From an uncultured Nitrososphaeraceae archaeon (GTDB lineage: Archaea > Thermoproteota > Nitrososphaeria > Nitrososphaerales > Nitrososphaeraceae), in assembly GCA_963729045.1 (NCBI GenBank), contig CAVSMN010000011.1, forward strand, positions 128,001-192,000: DNA of 64,000 nucleotides, in the 5' to 3' direction. Shown one piece after another: positions 1 through 11,640 of this stretch (positions within the stretch are counted from its first letter, which is position 1; each line of letters opens with the position of its first letter). Below the pieces are notes generated by a model. That model did no database searches. It worked only from the letters and a program-made list of their open reading frames with translations, and was not told where the DNA came from. A program made the translations under genes and the position numbers.

Positions 1-16
1 CAATTTCTACTAATGT

Positions 17-730
17 ATGGTGAATAATAACATCCAAATAAAACCGACAAATCCTTATTGGAATATCAAAGGATCTTTTATTTTTGTATTTTTTTTTATT
101 TTTGTTATTGCAAGCGTTCTTGCAGTAACAGGAGTATTAGGTAATTTAGATGAAATCATAACAAAATTTATCAATCAAATAAGGAGCCAAACATTGGACG
201 AACTATTCATTATTATCACTACCACATCAGATACTATTAATTTAATAATTGTTGGTTTTATTCTTACAATAATTAAGAGAACTAGAAGAATAGGGATGAT
301 TTTATTGATTACTTTAGTTTCTGTTACCATTTTAGTAACCTATTGTAAACCCTTGTTTGCAATCGAGCATCCAAGTATCGATTTTAAACCACTAGTAATA
401 CTACCAGATAAATTCACGCTTGAACGGGATAGTTTTATGCCCTTTGCCCAAGATTTTTCATACCCCTCAAATCACATAGCCTCAGCAGCTGCTTTCAGTT
501 TTATTGTGGCTGGATTGTCCTATAAATATTCGCCCAGATTCGCTATAGCATTTTTAATATTTTTCCCGACGTTAATAGGCTTCACCAAACTGTATCTTTT
601 TCAACATCACTTTATGGATTTGATTGGTGGGTATTTTTTTGGTTTGGTAATAGTTGCAGTATTAGTGAAGGTCCTAAAAGCTAATGAGCAACAGAGAATT
701 AATATTGTAGATTCAAACCAGGGAGGATAA
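17..730 (+). CDS. PAP2-family membrane phosphatase
   Basis: Multi-TM protein with PAP2-like motifs K..F...HP, SYPSNH and ..LYL..HH..D.IGG (some canonical residues diverged). Confidence 0.8.
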   Translation: MVNNNIQIKPTNPYWNIKGSFIFVFFFIFVIASVLAVTGVLGNLDEIITKFINQIRSQTLDELFIIITTTSDTINLIIVGFILTIIKRTRRIGMILLITLVSVTILVTYCKPLFAIEHPSIDFKPLVILPDKFTLERDSFMPFAQDFSYPSNHIASAAAFSFIVAGLSYKYSPRFAIAFLIFFPTLIGFTKLYLFQHHFMDLIGGYFFGLVIVAVLVKVLKANEQQRINIVDSNQGG

Positions 731-808
731 TACTAGTAGTACGAACAGAACTTTCTGTCATGTGAATTCCATTTCAAATTCTAAAAAACATAAAACGATA
801 GTATAGTT

Positions 809-1150
809 TTAGTTGAACCTATTTGTTAACGCCGGATCTAGTAATAGCCAGCCAAAGTGTGAATCATCGTGAACATATCGGTAGTCCTTGATATTTGGCC
901 TTAATTTTAAAGAGCGGATTCCAGATAACAACTCGTTTTGAAGTTGCAATCCCAATTTCCTTGAAATATCATTATTTTTTGGAGAGTCAATTGTCCTTGG
1001 TAACAAGATCCTATAACTAAAAGTATGAGTAAAATAACATCGGGTATAATGATTTAACAGCCTCTTTGATACAATTGGAACATATTCAAAACTATCTAGA
1101 TTCTCGGTAAAATCTGTGGAAAAGCGTTTTAGAAATTCAATATTTACCAA
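809..1150 (-). CDS. hypothetical protein
   Basis: 113-aa ORF, no motif recognised. Confidence 0.55.
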   Translation of the reverse strand: MVNIEFLKRFSTDFTENLDSFEYVPIVSKRLLNHYTRCYFTHTFSYRILLPRTIDSPKNNDISRKLGLQLQNELLSGIRSLKLRPNIKDYRYVHDDSHFGWLLLDPALTNRFN

Positions 1151-2163
1151 GCAGATAGTAGAATATTAAGAATACTATTTATATACATTCTGACAAAATT
1201 AAAGATGTAGAATTGATGTTACTTTATAAAAGTAAATTAAAAAATTACAAGATTTTCTGCTTTGATGTTCCTTTCCGATCCTAAACCTGACTATAAGTCA
1301 GCTCAAGTTGGTAGTAAGTGATTTGATATGATATGATTTGAGTTAGGTTATTATCTTTCAGTTTTAGAATGAGCAGATTGCATCCTTTTTTCCTTTGGTC
1401 TTTTTAGTTATTTTGGATTCACAGGTACCCTGGATGCCTAATGTTAAATAGCATACGATTCCTTTCGATAGGAAACATCTCAAAAGATCTGAGCACAACT
1501 ATCCTTAAACGAATCATTTGGTTTTCCCATATTTCATTTTAACTGGGACTAATTAATCTCTTAAAAGATACTAATACGAGCACATGCAATTGTTATTTTA
1601 ATCAAGTAGTATTTAGCAAATCCAATAGAGGCAATCCGACTTGAGATAGGCAAGTTATAATATTGTTCTGCCTGTGAATAAAAGGCTTGCATGTGGCGAA
1701 AGGTAGTCAAGATTTAGATATCAAATCATTTTAGTATCATGGCTACTTTTACCCTGTTTTTGTGATTTGTAATTTGCAGAATAGAAAAGAATCAAAATAG
1801 GCGAAATAATGAACCGTTAGTTTATCTTATCTATTAGAATAGGTTCGAATTATCTAAAAGATGAGGCTTCTGTTTTTCTGTTATTTTCATATAAAAGTTA
1901 CGTTGATAGGGTCAAACGAAGAGTACAACCTTGAAGAGATTGATAAAAAATATCCTAGCATAAAAATTAAACATAGTACAAGAACCCGCCTTTAATTTGC
2001 TCTATTTGTTCTGAGAATAGAGCATTGGTATGCATAAAAGCTATAAAATATTCAATCAATTTCTGATATTGTCCGATTAAATCCATCCATCTCTAAAATA
2101 TCAATTTTTGGTAGTGGCTTTTTGATTAAATTTAAATATATCAAAATTTTTCCCTCTACTATA

Positions 2164-3438
2164 ATGACAAATAATGCTAACGAGTTTGGATCGACTAATA
2201 ATCCCTATCAAATGGCGTTGAAACAGCTTCAAGAAACTGCAAAAATTATCAATTTAGATGAAGGTATCCACAAAATACTTGCGAAGCCAAAGAGAGTTCT
2301 AACAGTATCCCTACCTGTTAAAATGGATGACGGGAGAATAGAGGTCTTTACAGGGTTCCGTTCTCAGCACAATGATGCAAGGGGGCCATTTAAAGGTGGA
2401 ATTAGATATCATCCTCAAGTAACCATTGAAGAAGTAATGGCACTTTCTATGTGGATGACTTGGAAATGTGCCGTGGTAGGGATACCCCTAGGTGGGGGTA
2501 AGGGAGGCATAATTTGCAATCCCAAGAATATGTCAAACTCAGAGTTAGAAAGGATGACAAGAAGATATGCGTATGCTATTTCCGATATTATTGGACCCTA
2601 TACTGACATCCCGGCCCCAGACGTATACACTGGCGGTCAAGAAATGGCATGGATAATGGATACTTATTCTGCCCTCAAGGGCAATCGCGGAGAACCGGGT
2701 CTAATTACTGGGAAACCCCTACCGATAGGCGGGTCATTGGGTAGAACAGAAGCTACTGGAAGAGGACTGTCTTTTACGGTAAGAGAGGCTGCCAAAAAAC
2801 AAAATATCAATATGAATGAGGCAGTAGTAGTCGTGCAAGGATTTGGTAACGCAGGACAATATGCAGCTCAATTAGTTGAAGAACAGGGTGCAAAAATTAT
2901 TGCTGTTTCAGATACACAAGGAGCAATAATTAACAAGAATGGATTTAAAGTAAATGAATTAATCAAATTTAAACTAGAAAATAAATCAATCCGTGGCTTC
3001 CCTGGCGCAACTGAAATAAATAATGATGAATTATTAACTACAGAATGTACGATTTTGATCCCAGCTGCTTTGGAGAATCAGATTACCAAGGATAACGCCT
3101 CTAGAATTAAGACCAAAATTGTTGCTGAAGCGGCAAATGGTCCCACTACTCCAGAAGCCGACCAAATTTTTTATGAAAACAATATTTTGGTTATCCCAGA
3201 TGTATTGGCTAATAGTGGAGGAGTAACAGTATCGTATTTTGAATGGCTCCAAAATCTAAGGAGAGAATATTGGTCTGAAGCTGAAGTAAACGAAAGATTA
3301 GATGTAATAATGACAAAGGCGTTCGCCGAGGTATATGATGCACATCAAAAATATAATACAAACATGCGTACAGCAAGTATCGCCTTGGCAGTCAATAGGG
3401 TCGCTGAAGCCATAAAGCTAAGAGGAATATGGCCCTAA
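2164..3438 (+). CDS. gdhA: Glu/Leu/Phe/Val dehydrogenase (glutamate dehydrogenase)
   Basis: GPFKGGIRYHP, GGGKGG, DIPAPDV, ATGRG, QGFGNAG, EAANGP, PDVLANSGGVTVSYFEW; ATG at 2164 preferred to the TTG at 2122. Confidence 0.95.
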   Translation: MTNNANEFGSTNNPYQMALKQLQETAKIINLDEGIHKILAKPKRVLTVSLPVKMDDGRIEVFTGFRSQHNDARGPFKGGIRYHPQVTIEEVMALSMWMTWKCAVVGIPLGGGKGGIICNPKNMSNSELERMTRRYAYAISDIIGPYTDIPAPDVYTGGQEMAWIMDTYSALKGNRGEPGLITGKPLPIGGSLGRTEATGRGLSFTVREAAKKQNINMNEAVVVVQGFGNAGQYAAQLVEEQGAKIIAVSDTQGAIINKNGFKVNELIKFKLENKSIRGFPGATEINNDELLTTECTILIPAALENQITKDNASRIKTKIVAEAANGPTTPEADQIFYENNILVIPDVLANSGGVTVSYFEWLQNLRREYWSEAEVNERLDVIMTKAFAEVYDAHQKYNTNMRTASIALAVNRVAEAIKLRGIWP

Positions 3439-3624
3439 CCAATGGCCATTTGACCTGATTGTATAAATCTTACAAAAACAGATCAGAAAAAGCAGGGAAA
3501 TCATCATTCTGATTTATTTTCGCCACACCATAAATCATAAATTTAAAGTTTAGCCCCGATATATATCATAATATACCATGAAGAAGAAAACGAAATAAAA
3601 TTGGATTTTAAAAGAAATAAAAAA

Positions 3625-3975
3625 TTACTCAGTAGAAAATGAATGACCACATGAGCAGCTCTTTGTAACGTTTGGATTAGTTATCTTAAATCCTGATCCC
3701 ATCAAACTTTCAATGTAATCGACTACTGCTCCTTTCAAATATTTTTGACTGTAATTATCTACTAAAATTTTAACTTTGTTTTGTTCCAATATTACATCAT
3801 CTTCGTCTGGATTTTCTTCAAACCCCATTCCATATGATAATCCAGAACATCCACCGCCAGTGACATATACTCTCAAATAGAGATTATCTTTTCCTTCTTG
3901 TTTCATAAATTCTGTAACCTTTTCTGCAGCCTTTGCTGTAACATCAATAATTTTAGGTTGTTGTACACTTGCCAT
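3625..3975 (-). CDS. HesB/IscA/ErpA-family A-type Fe-S cluster carrier
   Basis: GGGCSGLSY and C-terminal CSCGHSF motifs. Confidence 0.93.
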   Translation of the reverse strand: MASVQQPKIIDVTAKAAEKVTEFMKQEGKDNLYLRVYVTGGGCSGLSYGMGFEENPDEDDVILEQNKVKILVDNYSQKYLKGAVVDYIESLMGSGFKITNPNVTKSCSCGHSFSTE

Positions 3976-4059
3976 GATATAATACAATATGCAATACAAA
4001 TTTAATAATGTTTTCCTATAAATAAACCAAAAAAAAGAGATGATTTTGTAAAAAAAGGT

Positions 4060-6183
4060 CTATTTATGTGGCTTGGATAGTGCAGACCATTTGGCTAACG
4101 AACTAGCTGCTATACTCCATGTATTTACCGATTGATATACCGGCACATTATTCTCCTCTAACTTGTTAGCCATTTTTTGAGTAAATGGACCACCCAATGC
4201 GCCAACAAGGATGGGTTTTTTCCCTTGCCTATTGAATTCGGCCAAAATATCAACTATTTTCTCCTCAAGCGGGTCATCTTGAAAGACGAACCAAGGCATT
4301 ACAATATCGACATTTGGATCATCCATAAATGTCTGGATCGCAAATTTATAATCGTCTGCATTTGCTGATCCTGTGACATCACACGGATTACCGAGTACAT
4401 AAGTTGCCGGATAGTGAGACTTGAATGATTTCATGCTCTCCTCACTGAGGTTTGCTACCTGTAATCCCAGTCTCTCAAATTGATCAATGGCCGCAATTAT
4501 CGGCCCGGCACCATTCGTAACCATTGCAACTCGGTTTCCCTCTGGCACCGGCTGCCATGATAGGGCTTTAAGAGATGCAGTCAGTTCATCGTAGCTGTCA
4601 ACTGAAATTATTCCATTTTGAGAAAATGCACCTTTCACAACGCTATATGTCCCCCCTAAAGAGCCAGTGTGAGAAGCAGCTTGTTTAGCACCTCTTGAAG
4701 TTCGCCCATTTTTGAATACTACAATTGGTTTTTTTCGTTCAGTAATTACTTTTTTGGCAGTGTTAACAAACTTTCGACCATCTCCCAAGCCCTCAACATA
4801 TAATCCTATAACCTTGGTTTGCGGGTCCTCAGCCAAATACCAGATCATATCTGCTTCATCTACATCAGATCGGTTTCCATATGAAACCATTTTGCTCATC
4901 CCAAAGGCAAATGAATGTTCCATAAATGCGATGCCTATAGTTCCACTTTGAGACAAGAAGGACACATTACCATTTTTAGGTCTAAGCATACGGTCATGTC
5001 CTTGGAAGGCACAATCCAACCTATTCTCTCCGTTGAACATTCCAATGCAGTTTGGTCCAATAATCCTAATATTTAGCTGAGATGACAATTCCTTAACTTG
5101 CTGTTCAATAATTGCTCTTTCTCCCCCTAACTCTTTCCCGCCTCCAGAAATGATTACAACATTGTGAATGGATTTATCGCCACAAATCTTTAACAAATCG
5201 GGAACAAATTTCAAATCTACAGTAACAATCACCACGTCAATGGGGTCTTTAATATCGCCTAGACTTTTGTAGGCTGGTATACCCATTATTTCGGGATAGC
5301 CTTTTGCATTTACAGGATACACCTTTCCTTTATAGTCATGCTTTACTAAAGTTTCTAACACAGAGTTTCCTATCTTTCCAATTTCAGGGGAGGCACCTAT
5401 TAATGCGATAGATTTGGCATTAAAAAACAAATCCATGTTAGTGGAGTTGGGTTCAACTTTAGAAACAACATCATATTTGGGTTGTTCTGATAAAATGATT
5501 TTTGCATCAGCAACATAATAACTGTCCGGATATACAATTACAGGATTGAAATCTATGCTTTCATAATAAGGTGAAATATCATACCCCAATTTTCCTATAT
5601 TTAGTAAGGCATTAGTTAATACTTCCATATTTATCGGTTCTGAACCACGGTATCCTTTTAACAACATTTTACCTTGGAGTTCTTCAATCATTTCCGTTGC
5701 ATCTTCCTTGGTAAGAGGAAGAACCCTAAACGACACATCTTTGAATAATTCTGTGAAAATTCCTCCAAGTCCTACCATCATAACCGGGCCAAACTGGGGA
5801 TCATTTTGCAAACCAACAATCATCTCAACCCCCTTGGGGACCATCTTCTCAAGTAGGACACCCTTTACATCATAATCCTTCGATAATCTTTCATACATAT
5901 CGTTAAATGCAGATTTAACAGATTCTTCATCTTTAAGATCAATTTTGACTCCTCCCACGTCAGTTTTATGCAAAATCTGTGGGGAAACTATTTTCGCTAC
6001 CAATGGAAAACCCAATTTTCTTGCTTCTGTGACTGCGGAGTCAACGTCTTTAACCAGAGCAAACCCGGGGACGCTAATGTCATATTCAGAAAGAATGCCT
6101 TTAGCAATTTCTTCGGTAATGACTTTGGTTTTATTTTTAAAAGAATCCTCAAATATCGATTTGATTTTGTTTTGATCTGTCAA
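4060..6183 (-). CDS. 3-hydroxypropionyl-CoA synthetase (ADP-forming), 3HP/4HB cycle, Nmar_1309 family
   Basis: N-terminal ATP-grasp (HKTDVGGV) then CoA-binding domain ([19 protein letters not shown], phospho-His motif SHTGSL); C-terminal [12 protein letters not shown] recalled as typical of thaumarchaeal orthologues. Confidence 0.85.
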   Translation of the reverse strand: MTDQNKIKSIFEDSFKNKTKVITEEIAKGILSEYDISVPGFALVKDVDSAVTEARKLGFPLVAKIVSPQILHKTDVGGVKIDLKDEESVKSAFNDMYERLSKDYDVKGVLLEKMVPKGVEMIVGLQNDPQFGPVMMVGLGGIFTELFKDVSFRVLPLTKEDATEMIEELQGKMLLKGYRGSEPINMEVLTNALLNIGKLGYDISPYYESIDFNPVIVYPDSYYVADAKIILSEQPKYDVVSKVEPNSTNMDLFFNAKSIALIGASPEIGKIGNSVLETLVKHDYKGKVYPVNAKGYPEIMGIPAYKSLGDIKDPIDVVIVTVDLKFVPDLLKICGDKSIHNVVIISGGGKELGGERAIIEQQVKELSSQLNIRIIGPNCIGMFNGENRLDCAFQGHDRMLRPKNGNVSFLSQSGTIGIAFMEHSFAFGMSKMVSYGNRSDVDEADMIWYLAEDPQTKVIGLYVEGLGDGRKFVNTAKKVITERKKPIVVFKNGRTSRGAKQAASHTGSLGGTYSVVKGAFSQNGIISVDSYDELTASLKALSWQPVPEGNRVAMVTNGAGPIIAAIDQFERLGLQVANLSEESMKSFKSHYPATYVLGNPCDVTGSANADDYKFAIQTFMDDPNVDIVMPWFVFQDDPLEEKIVDILAEFNRQGKKPILVGALGGPFTQKMANKLEENNVPVYQSVNTWSIAASSLAKWSALSKPHK

Positions 6184-6338
6184 TAAGAGTTCATTATTCT
6201 ATTCGGTTTATAATTTTTCTTACTTTAAGTTTTGAATTTTGAATTTTGAATTTTTAGAATGTAATTCACCATCTCATTGAAACAATGATCATATATATGT
6301 AATAGATATAATGGTGATAAATCATTGTTATGAAATGA

Positions 6339-7049
6339 TTATTTATAAGCAATTACAATTATGGCCCCTCCCATTAGCTTTTTGTTAAACTCTACCTTGG
6401 AAAATGTATTTAATAACAACTCATTTAGATCTTTGTTTCTTGGCCATCTAAGAAAAGTACCATATAAAGTACGAAAAGGTAATCCTTGCCTCCCAGCGGC
6501 TAAAAAAGCCATGATAACAAGGAAATACTTTAGATAAAAGGATACAAGGAAACGGGCCAAAAAATTATCAGGTTTTCCGAGATCAACAATTAATAGTCTG
6601 CCATTTTTTTTTAAAACCCTGTGAATTTCTACAAACGACTCATTTAAAGCGATTGAATCTCTTATCGAATAACCACATAGGACCGCATCAAATGAATTAG
6701 ACTTGTATGGAATCTTTTCAAAAATACCACTACATAAAAAATAGGTATTATCATAATTCTTGAACTTATTCTTGATTTCAGCCAACATTTCGGGAATAGG
6801 ATCATAAAAATTTATGGTAACATCTTCAGAAACGAAATCCAGTACCAGTTTTGACATGTTGCCATATCCGGAGCCTGCGTCGAGGATATGATTCCCAGGG
6901 AAAACACTTTTTCTTATCCCTTCTTTTCGAAACTGATTATCTTTTCCCAATGAAATAGCACTATTTACCTTATCATAAACAGGAATGATATTCTGAAGTA
7001 CTTTTATTACTTCATTCCAATATGAATTCCCCAATCCAATATTCTTCAA
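6339..7049 (-). CDS. UbiE/MenG-like class I SAM methyltransferase
   Basis: YDKVN..IS.G.D..R, ILDAGSGYG, SNSFDAV, EIHRVLKKNGRLLIVD. Confidence 0.8.
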   Translation of the reverse strand: MKNIGLGNSYWNEVIKVLQNIIPVYDKVNSAISLGKDNQFRKEGIRKSVFPGNHILDAGSGYGNMSKLVLDFVSEDVTINFYDPIPEMLAEIKNKFKNYDNTYFLCSGIFEKIPYKSNSFDAVLCGYSIRDSIALNESFVEIHRVLKKNGRLLIVDLGKPDNFLARFLVSFYLKYFLVIMAFLAAGRQGLPFRTLYGTFLRWPRNKDLNELLLNTFSKVEFNKKLMGGAIIVIAYK

Positions 7050-7075
7050 TGTAAAAAGTATAAGGAAACCAGATA

Positions 7076-7702
7076 TTGAATTTTTGTATCAATTGCGGTC
7101 ATAAAGATATTAGTCAAGATGTCATCAATAGTCCTAGGGTGGATGTGTTGTACAAGGAAAGACTCATTAAAATGGACGCATTAAATGCAATTATCGCCGG
7201 AATTTCCTTCTTTGATACAGACGTAAGAAATATCTATGACAAGATAAAGTCAGAGGATAAAACTATCAATATAATATTTGTTAATTCAAAACTAGTTTAT
7301 GGGTTGGACCACATACTTGGAATCTTAAAGATAATTAATGAAGAGGAAAAAAGAAAAATCAAATCAAACATAAAAAGCGTCGAAATTGAATTTTTACTTA
7401 GAATCTGCTACACAAATCAAATAAAAGATGCTCTAAAATCAAACTTTGGAGATAATAAAAATAAGACTTTTGTTGTGGTATTGATTTCTAAGCTTGGCAG
7501 CAAATTGAGTAACACTCTCGATGCTCTCATGTCTTATGGCATTGAAGATAGTAATTTGATACACCCTGATACCACCAAGAAGGATTACATTTTCAATCAC
7601 TTCTTTAAAGACAAATTCAAAGTTAATTCCTATTTGTTATTAAATAATGAGGAAAAATATTTAAAATTTCTTATTGAGAAAGCAGCGATATCCCTAAATT
7701 GA
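7076..7702 (+). CDS. cgi121: KEOPS subunit Cgi121-like protein
   Basis: VYGLDH...EIEFLLRICYTNQIKDAL matches the Cgi121 pattern; lies near sua5; start uncertain. Confidence 0.6.
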   Translation: MNFCINCGHKDISQDVINSPRVDVLYKERLIKMDALNAIIAGISFFDTDVRNIYDKIKSEDKTINIIFVNSKLVYGLDHILGILKIINEEEKRKIKSNIKSVEIEFLLRICYTNQIKDALKSNFGDNKNKTFVVVLISKLGSKLSNTLDALMSYGIEDSNLIHPDTTKKDYIFNHFFKDKFKVNSYLLLNNEEKYLKFLIEKAAISLN

Positions 7703-7752
7703 GTGGGATTAGATTAGAAATAGACTTGTGTTATTGTTACCATAATTTAATC

Positions 7753-8280
7753 CTATTCTGAAACCCTTTTTTCTGTCATTGAACTAAACATCATGTTGGA
7801 ACTGATAACCGATATTCCTGAATATTTTCCAATAATCTCTACTAGCAGAATCCAAGTAGGATTGGTCAAATTGACGGGATAATTCAAATGAGGTCCAACT
7901 GAATCAATAATGTCTTTCTTACTTAATTTGGTATGCCTTTTTTCAACTAGAATTTTAACTGGTCCCTTGTTAGCAATTTTCTCTTTAGCCAAATCAAGCA
8001 AGCAATCTCTAATTTCTGCAACCTCGCTTAGCACCACCCTCTGTATTGGAACATATCTAAGCAGATTTCGGATCTCCCATGGTGAATTCTGCAGCTTTTC
8101 CCTCAAATATGGTACGAAAAGTTCTGAATCCTTTGAAGATTTTCCTACAATAAGTCCTGAGATATTAGTTTCATTCACTTCCACAGTAGTCTCGCCAAAG
8201 TCGTAAAACAGTCCTTCTAGTTCATCCATTAGGTCTTCCTCCTTGTATCTATACGTTGTAGCAAGAAAATTGAATATCAT
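7753..8280 (-). CDS. THUMP-domain RNA-binding protein
   Basis: ILVEKRHT...VNLTNPTWILLVEIIG THUMP signature. Confidence 0.85.
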   Translation of the reverse strand: MIFNFLATTYRYKEEDLMDELEGLFYDFGETTVEVNETNISGLIVGKSSKDSELFVPYLREKLQNSPWEIRNLLRYVPIQRVVLSEVAEIRDCLLDLAKEKIANKGPVKILVEKRHTKLSKKDIIDSVGPHLNYPVNLTNPTWILLVEIIGKYSGISVISSNMMFSSMTEKRVSE

Positions 8281-8292
8281 AGTTTTGCTCCG

Positions 8293-8934
8293 CTATGGAC
8301 TACTAAGCGCCGCTAGGATTTCTTCCTTTGGAATGGCACCTTCTCTAATTATGCGAGGAAATCCCGACCCAGAAACATCCACTATAGTTGATCCGCTATT
8401 GTTGTCTGATAATAATTCATTAGTTACCACAGCATCGCATTTACTCAAAATAGTCTCATCAATGTCTTCTAATCTCGTTGAGGGAATCTTTTTTGACAAA
8501 TTAGCGCTTGTTCCCACTAATAATTTAGATCTAGTCATATTTATCAAATTTAAAATGCATGAATTACCAGGAATGCGTAATCCAATAGTATTATTAACAT
8601 TGTTAATCACATATTTAGACAATCCATGGTTTGCTTTCAATTTTAGAATTAGAGTCAGTTTTCCGGGCCAGAATAAATTTTGGAGTATATTGGCATGTGG
8701 AGTAATATGTGAAATTCTTGAGACTATTCTCCAGTCACTTGTCAATACTGGTAGGGACTTATCCAATGGTCTTTCTTTGATAGCAAATAATCGTAAAACC
8801 GATTTTTCAATTGTGGGATCGCAACCTATGCCAAAAACAGTGTCAGTAGGATAAACGATCACACCTCCATTGTCAATTATCTCAGAGCATTTTTCTAAGT
8901 CGTCAATATTCCTACAATCCAAATAATAGATCAA
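8293..8934 (-). CDS. sua5: L-threonylcarbamoyladenylate synthase (Sua5/TsaC)
   Basis: YPTDTVFGIGCD, K.RP..K.L, WPG.LT, GTSANLS, STIVD, IIREGAI. Confidence 0.93.
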   Translation of the reverse strand: MIYYLDCRNIDDLEKCSEIIDNGGVIVYPTDTVFGIGCDPTIEKSVLRLFAIKERPLDKSLPVLTSDWRIVSRISHITPHANILQNLFWPGKLTLILKLKANHGLSKYVINNVNNTIGLRIPGNSCILNLINMTRSKLLVGTSANLSKKIPSTRLEDIDETILSKCDAVVTNELLSDNNSGSTIVDVSGSGFPRIIREGAIPKEEILAALSSP

Positions 8935-9111
8935 TAGTTTGGAGAACTTGCAAATTCAATTTAACCTAACCTATCAATCTACCTTAAAACAAAAAAATAT
9001 TAAATTCAAGATTTTTCTTAAATGTTAAATAAAATTACAATAATATACCAACATTTAAAAGATTCAATTCTTTTAGAAAAGCATATATAGTTATCTTGCT
9101 ATAAATTGTCA

Positions 9112-9854
9112 ATGCAATCCAATATCGATGTACTAAGATATGAAAATTATGAAAAGGTAGCAAGAATGTACGACCAATTCAGGATTCAAAATCTAAGGGC
9201 ATTGGGTAGTAGCAGACAATAGCAACAGCGATTCAAACATCAGACACTTGTAAAAAGACAATAACTATTGTTTTTTGGGATATCAGCGGGTTTTCAAAGC
9301 TAACAAAGTTGTTTTATTTGATGGATTGCGAATATATCATACTAGAATTTTTAGAAGAATATTATAGGATTTCTAGCAGCATAATTGCGCATAATAATGG
9401 AGTATGGGACAAAACTATCGGGGATGGCATCATGTCATGGTTCGGGTTCTTTGAGAAAAATCTAGCAGAAAGAACTAATGAGAGGGATTACGGAGCATTA
9501 GAATCCATAAATGCTGCAATTGAACTAAGAAATAGCTTTCAGAACTTAAAAGACAAGGTGATATCAGATTGGAAAATAGATGGAGGATACCTAGATTTTA
9601 ACATAAAGTGTGGCATCAATACTGGCCAGGCTCAAATAGGCCGTGTCTATGATCAATTTACAGCCATGGGCACCAATGTTAATATTGCTAGCAGGCTACA
9701 GGAATTTGCCAAAGGTGATCAGATAATCATTTCAAACACTACAATGGAAATGATTAGTTCGAAAGGTTTTGATCTTAGGAGAATTTCTGTTGATTCGAAC
9801 AATCCTATAAAATCTTTTGAAGACATTGATTGCTGTTATGAAATCTTATTTTGA
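9112..9854 (+). CDS. class III adenylate/guanylate cyclase domain protein (frameshift near 9210)
   Basis: TIVFWDISGFS lies in frame upstream of the called start; DKTIGDGIM, GINTG, GTNVNIASRLQ; ATG at 9112 is in another frame. Confidence 0.8.
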
Positions 9855-9986
9855 GTTAGAAAAAAAGAGGTCAATAGTTTTGTGGGGCTTTTTTTTGTAA
9901 TAAATATCAACTTTATTAATCGTAAAATAACAAAAGTATTTTTATTTGCAAGTGAACTATATCATCAACTAATAATACAGATCAAA

Positions 9987-10605
9987 ATGATAGAAAAAGA
10001 AAGTTTAGGTTTAAAAGGAAAGGGTATAAACGAGGTTTTTCTTAGCGAAAACAGAGATGAATTTGATAGCACTGTTAATGGTTATTATAGACTGATTGGT
10101 GGTGAGAATGGCAGTTACAATAAGGAAACAAGTAGGAGGCTACGGGCATTTGGTGAAGAATTGTTCAAAAAGAGATCATATGAGAAATTTACAGCCTTTA
10201 AGGCAGATCATGATGATATGATAATAGGTAATCATTTAAGATTATTTTCATTTTGTGAACATCATTTGCTTCCTTTTTTTGGAGAAGTTGCCATCGGATA
10301 TATTCCAAATAACAAAATATTCGGCCTCTCAAAGTTCCAGCGACTAGTGGACAAAGTTTCCTCTAGACCTCAGCTTCAAGAGAGACTCACATACCAAATT
10401 CTTGAGGAAATCAAAAATAGACTTGAACCTAAAGGTGTAGGCGTGGTTATAAAGGCTATTCATACTTGCGTTTTTGCAAGGGGTACTCAATCGAGTTCAG
10501 CAGAATTTACAACCTCAGCAGTTGATGGAATTTTTAAGGAAAATCAACAATACAAAGCAAGAGTTCTTTTCTATAATAAATTCAGATGGAAGACTAAGAC
10601 TGTAA
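9987..10605 (+). CDS. folE: GTP cyclohydrolase I (FolE); C-terminus frameshifted near 10545
   Basis: SFCEHHLLPFFG, GLSKF.R, RPQLQERLT, HTCV..RG; the expected tail TKQEFFSII is in a shifted frame ending at TAA 10603-10605. Confidence 0.88.
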
Positions 10606-10805
10606 TATTCTTATTTATTAAGAGGGTAAAGTTGATCTAAATTCTTTTTGTGCACCCCGAGTCGTTAACCTAATAACCTGTGCAACATTAATCATGATAC
10701 AGCATCACAATCCATTTTTGTAATTTCTTGGTGCATATATCATTTGGACACTATATGCATGTCTACGATATATTTTAATTAGATAGATGAGCGAGGAAAC
10801 CTAAA

Positions 10806-11624
10806 TTGATGTCTGCGGCCAATGATGCGAATATAGAGTATATTGATTGGAATAATGCTTTTGAAATATTAGATAAGGCTTTTAAACTTGGTATTTTTGT
10901 CCTAATAATTGGTCCAAAAGGGACTGGCAAAACCACACTCGTTAGAAAATTCGCTAAGCAGGTAAATAAGGAACTATCATCCGTAAATTTTAGCCTCAGG
11001 ACTAGAGAATCACACCTAATTGGAACTCACACTATTGATAACGGTCAGATAAATTTTGTAAATGGAGTTCTGGTTCACTCGATGACACAAGGAGATTTGT
11101 TATACCTAGATGAGCTTAATGCGGCCGAACCGGATGTGCTCCTTCGACTTGATGAAGCTTTGGATGATAGAAGACAGATTGTTTTGAAAGAATTTCATGG
11201 ACAGACTATAAAGGCAACGGACAACTGGTTTGTAATTGGGACCATCAACCCGTTGTCGCACGTTGGAACAAAAGAACTCCCACCACAGATTCTAAGCAGA
11301 TTCCCAATTAGAATAATGCTAGACTATCCTCCTGAAGATACTGAAATGGATATTATCAAAAAACATGTTAAAGTAAATAATCAGAACGATGAAGATAATA
11401 TTAAAAGTGCTATAAAATTAGCTCACAATCTACGGAAGGCAGCTTCTCTTGAAGAAATTTTTTATAGCCCTAGTTTGAGGGAAACGATCGCATATTCGAA
11501 ATTGGTAACGAACAACACAAATGCAAAAGAAGCAGCTGAATTTGTATTTGCAAACGTTTACCATCAATGGGGCGAAATTGAGTACCGAAAAGTAATGGAT
11601 ATAATAGCATCCATATTCATTTAG
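10806..11624 (+). CDS. MoxR-family AAA+ ATPase, CbbQ/NirQ/NorQ type
   Basis: GPKGTGKT Walker A, LYLDELN Walker B, TINP, SRF, C-terminal SPSLRE. Confidence 0.88.
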   Translation: MMSAANDANIEYIDWNNAFEILDKAFKLGIFVLIIGPKGTGKTTLVRKFAKQVNKELSSVNFSLRTRESHLIGTHTIDNGQINFVNGVLVHSMTQGDLLYLDELNAAEPDVLLRLDEALDDRRQIVLKEFHGQTIKATDNWFVIGTINPLSHVGTKELPPQILSRFPIRIMLDYPPEDTEMDIIKKHVKVNNQNDEDNIKSAIKLAHNLRKAASLEEIFYSPSLRETIAYSKLVTNNTNAKEAAEFVFANVYHQWGEIEYRKVMDIIASIFI

Positions 11625-11640
11625 TTCATGTTGGCAGAGT

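Noticed and set aside
1151..2160. 1-kb non-coding gap before gdhA as an ncRNA or riboswitch
   Set aside because: Only a short hairpin near 1460 was seen; no recognisable RNA family or repeat
8243..8854. Long antisense ORFs (8243-8854, also 13797-14222, 16698-17138, 48449-49018, 52703-53134)
   Set aside because: They are opposite-strand shadows of well-supported genes
10732..10759. Inverted repeat TGCATATA-N12-TATATGCA upstream of the AAA+ gene
   Set aside because: A single 8-bp AT-rich instance, not distinguishable from chance
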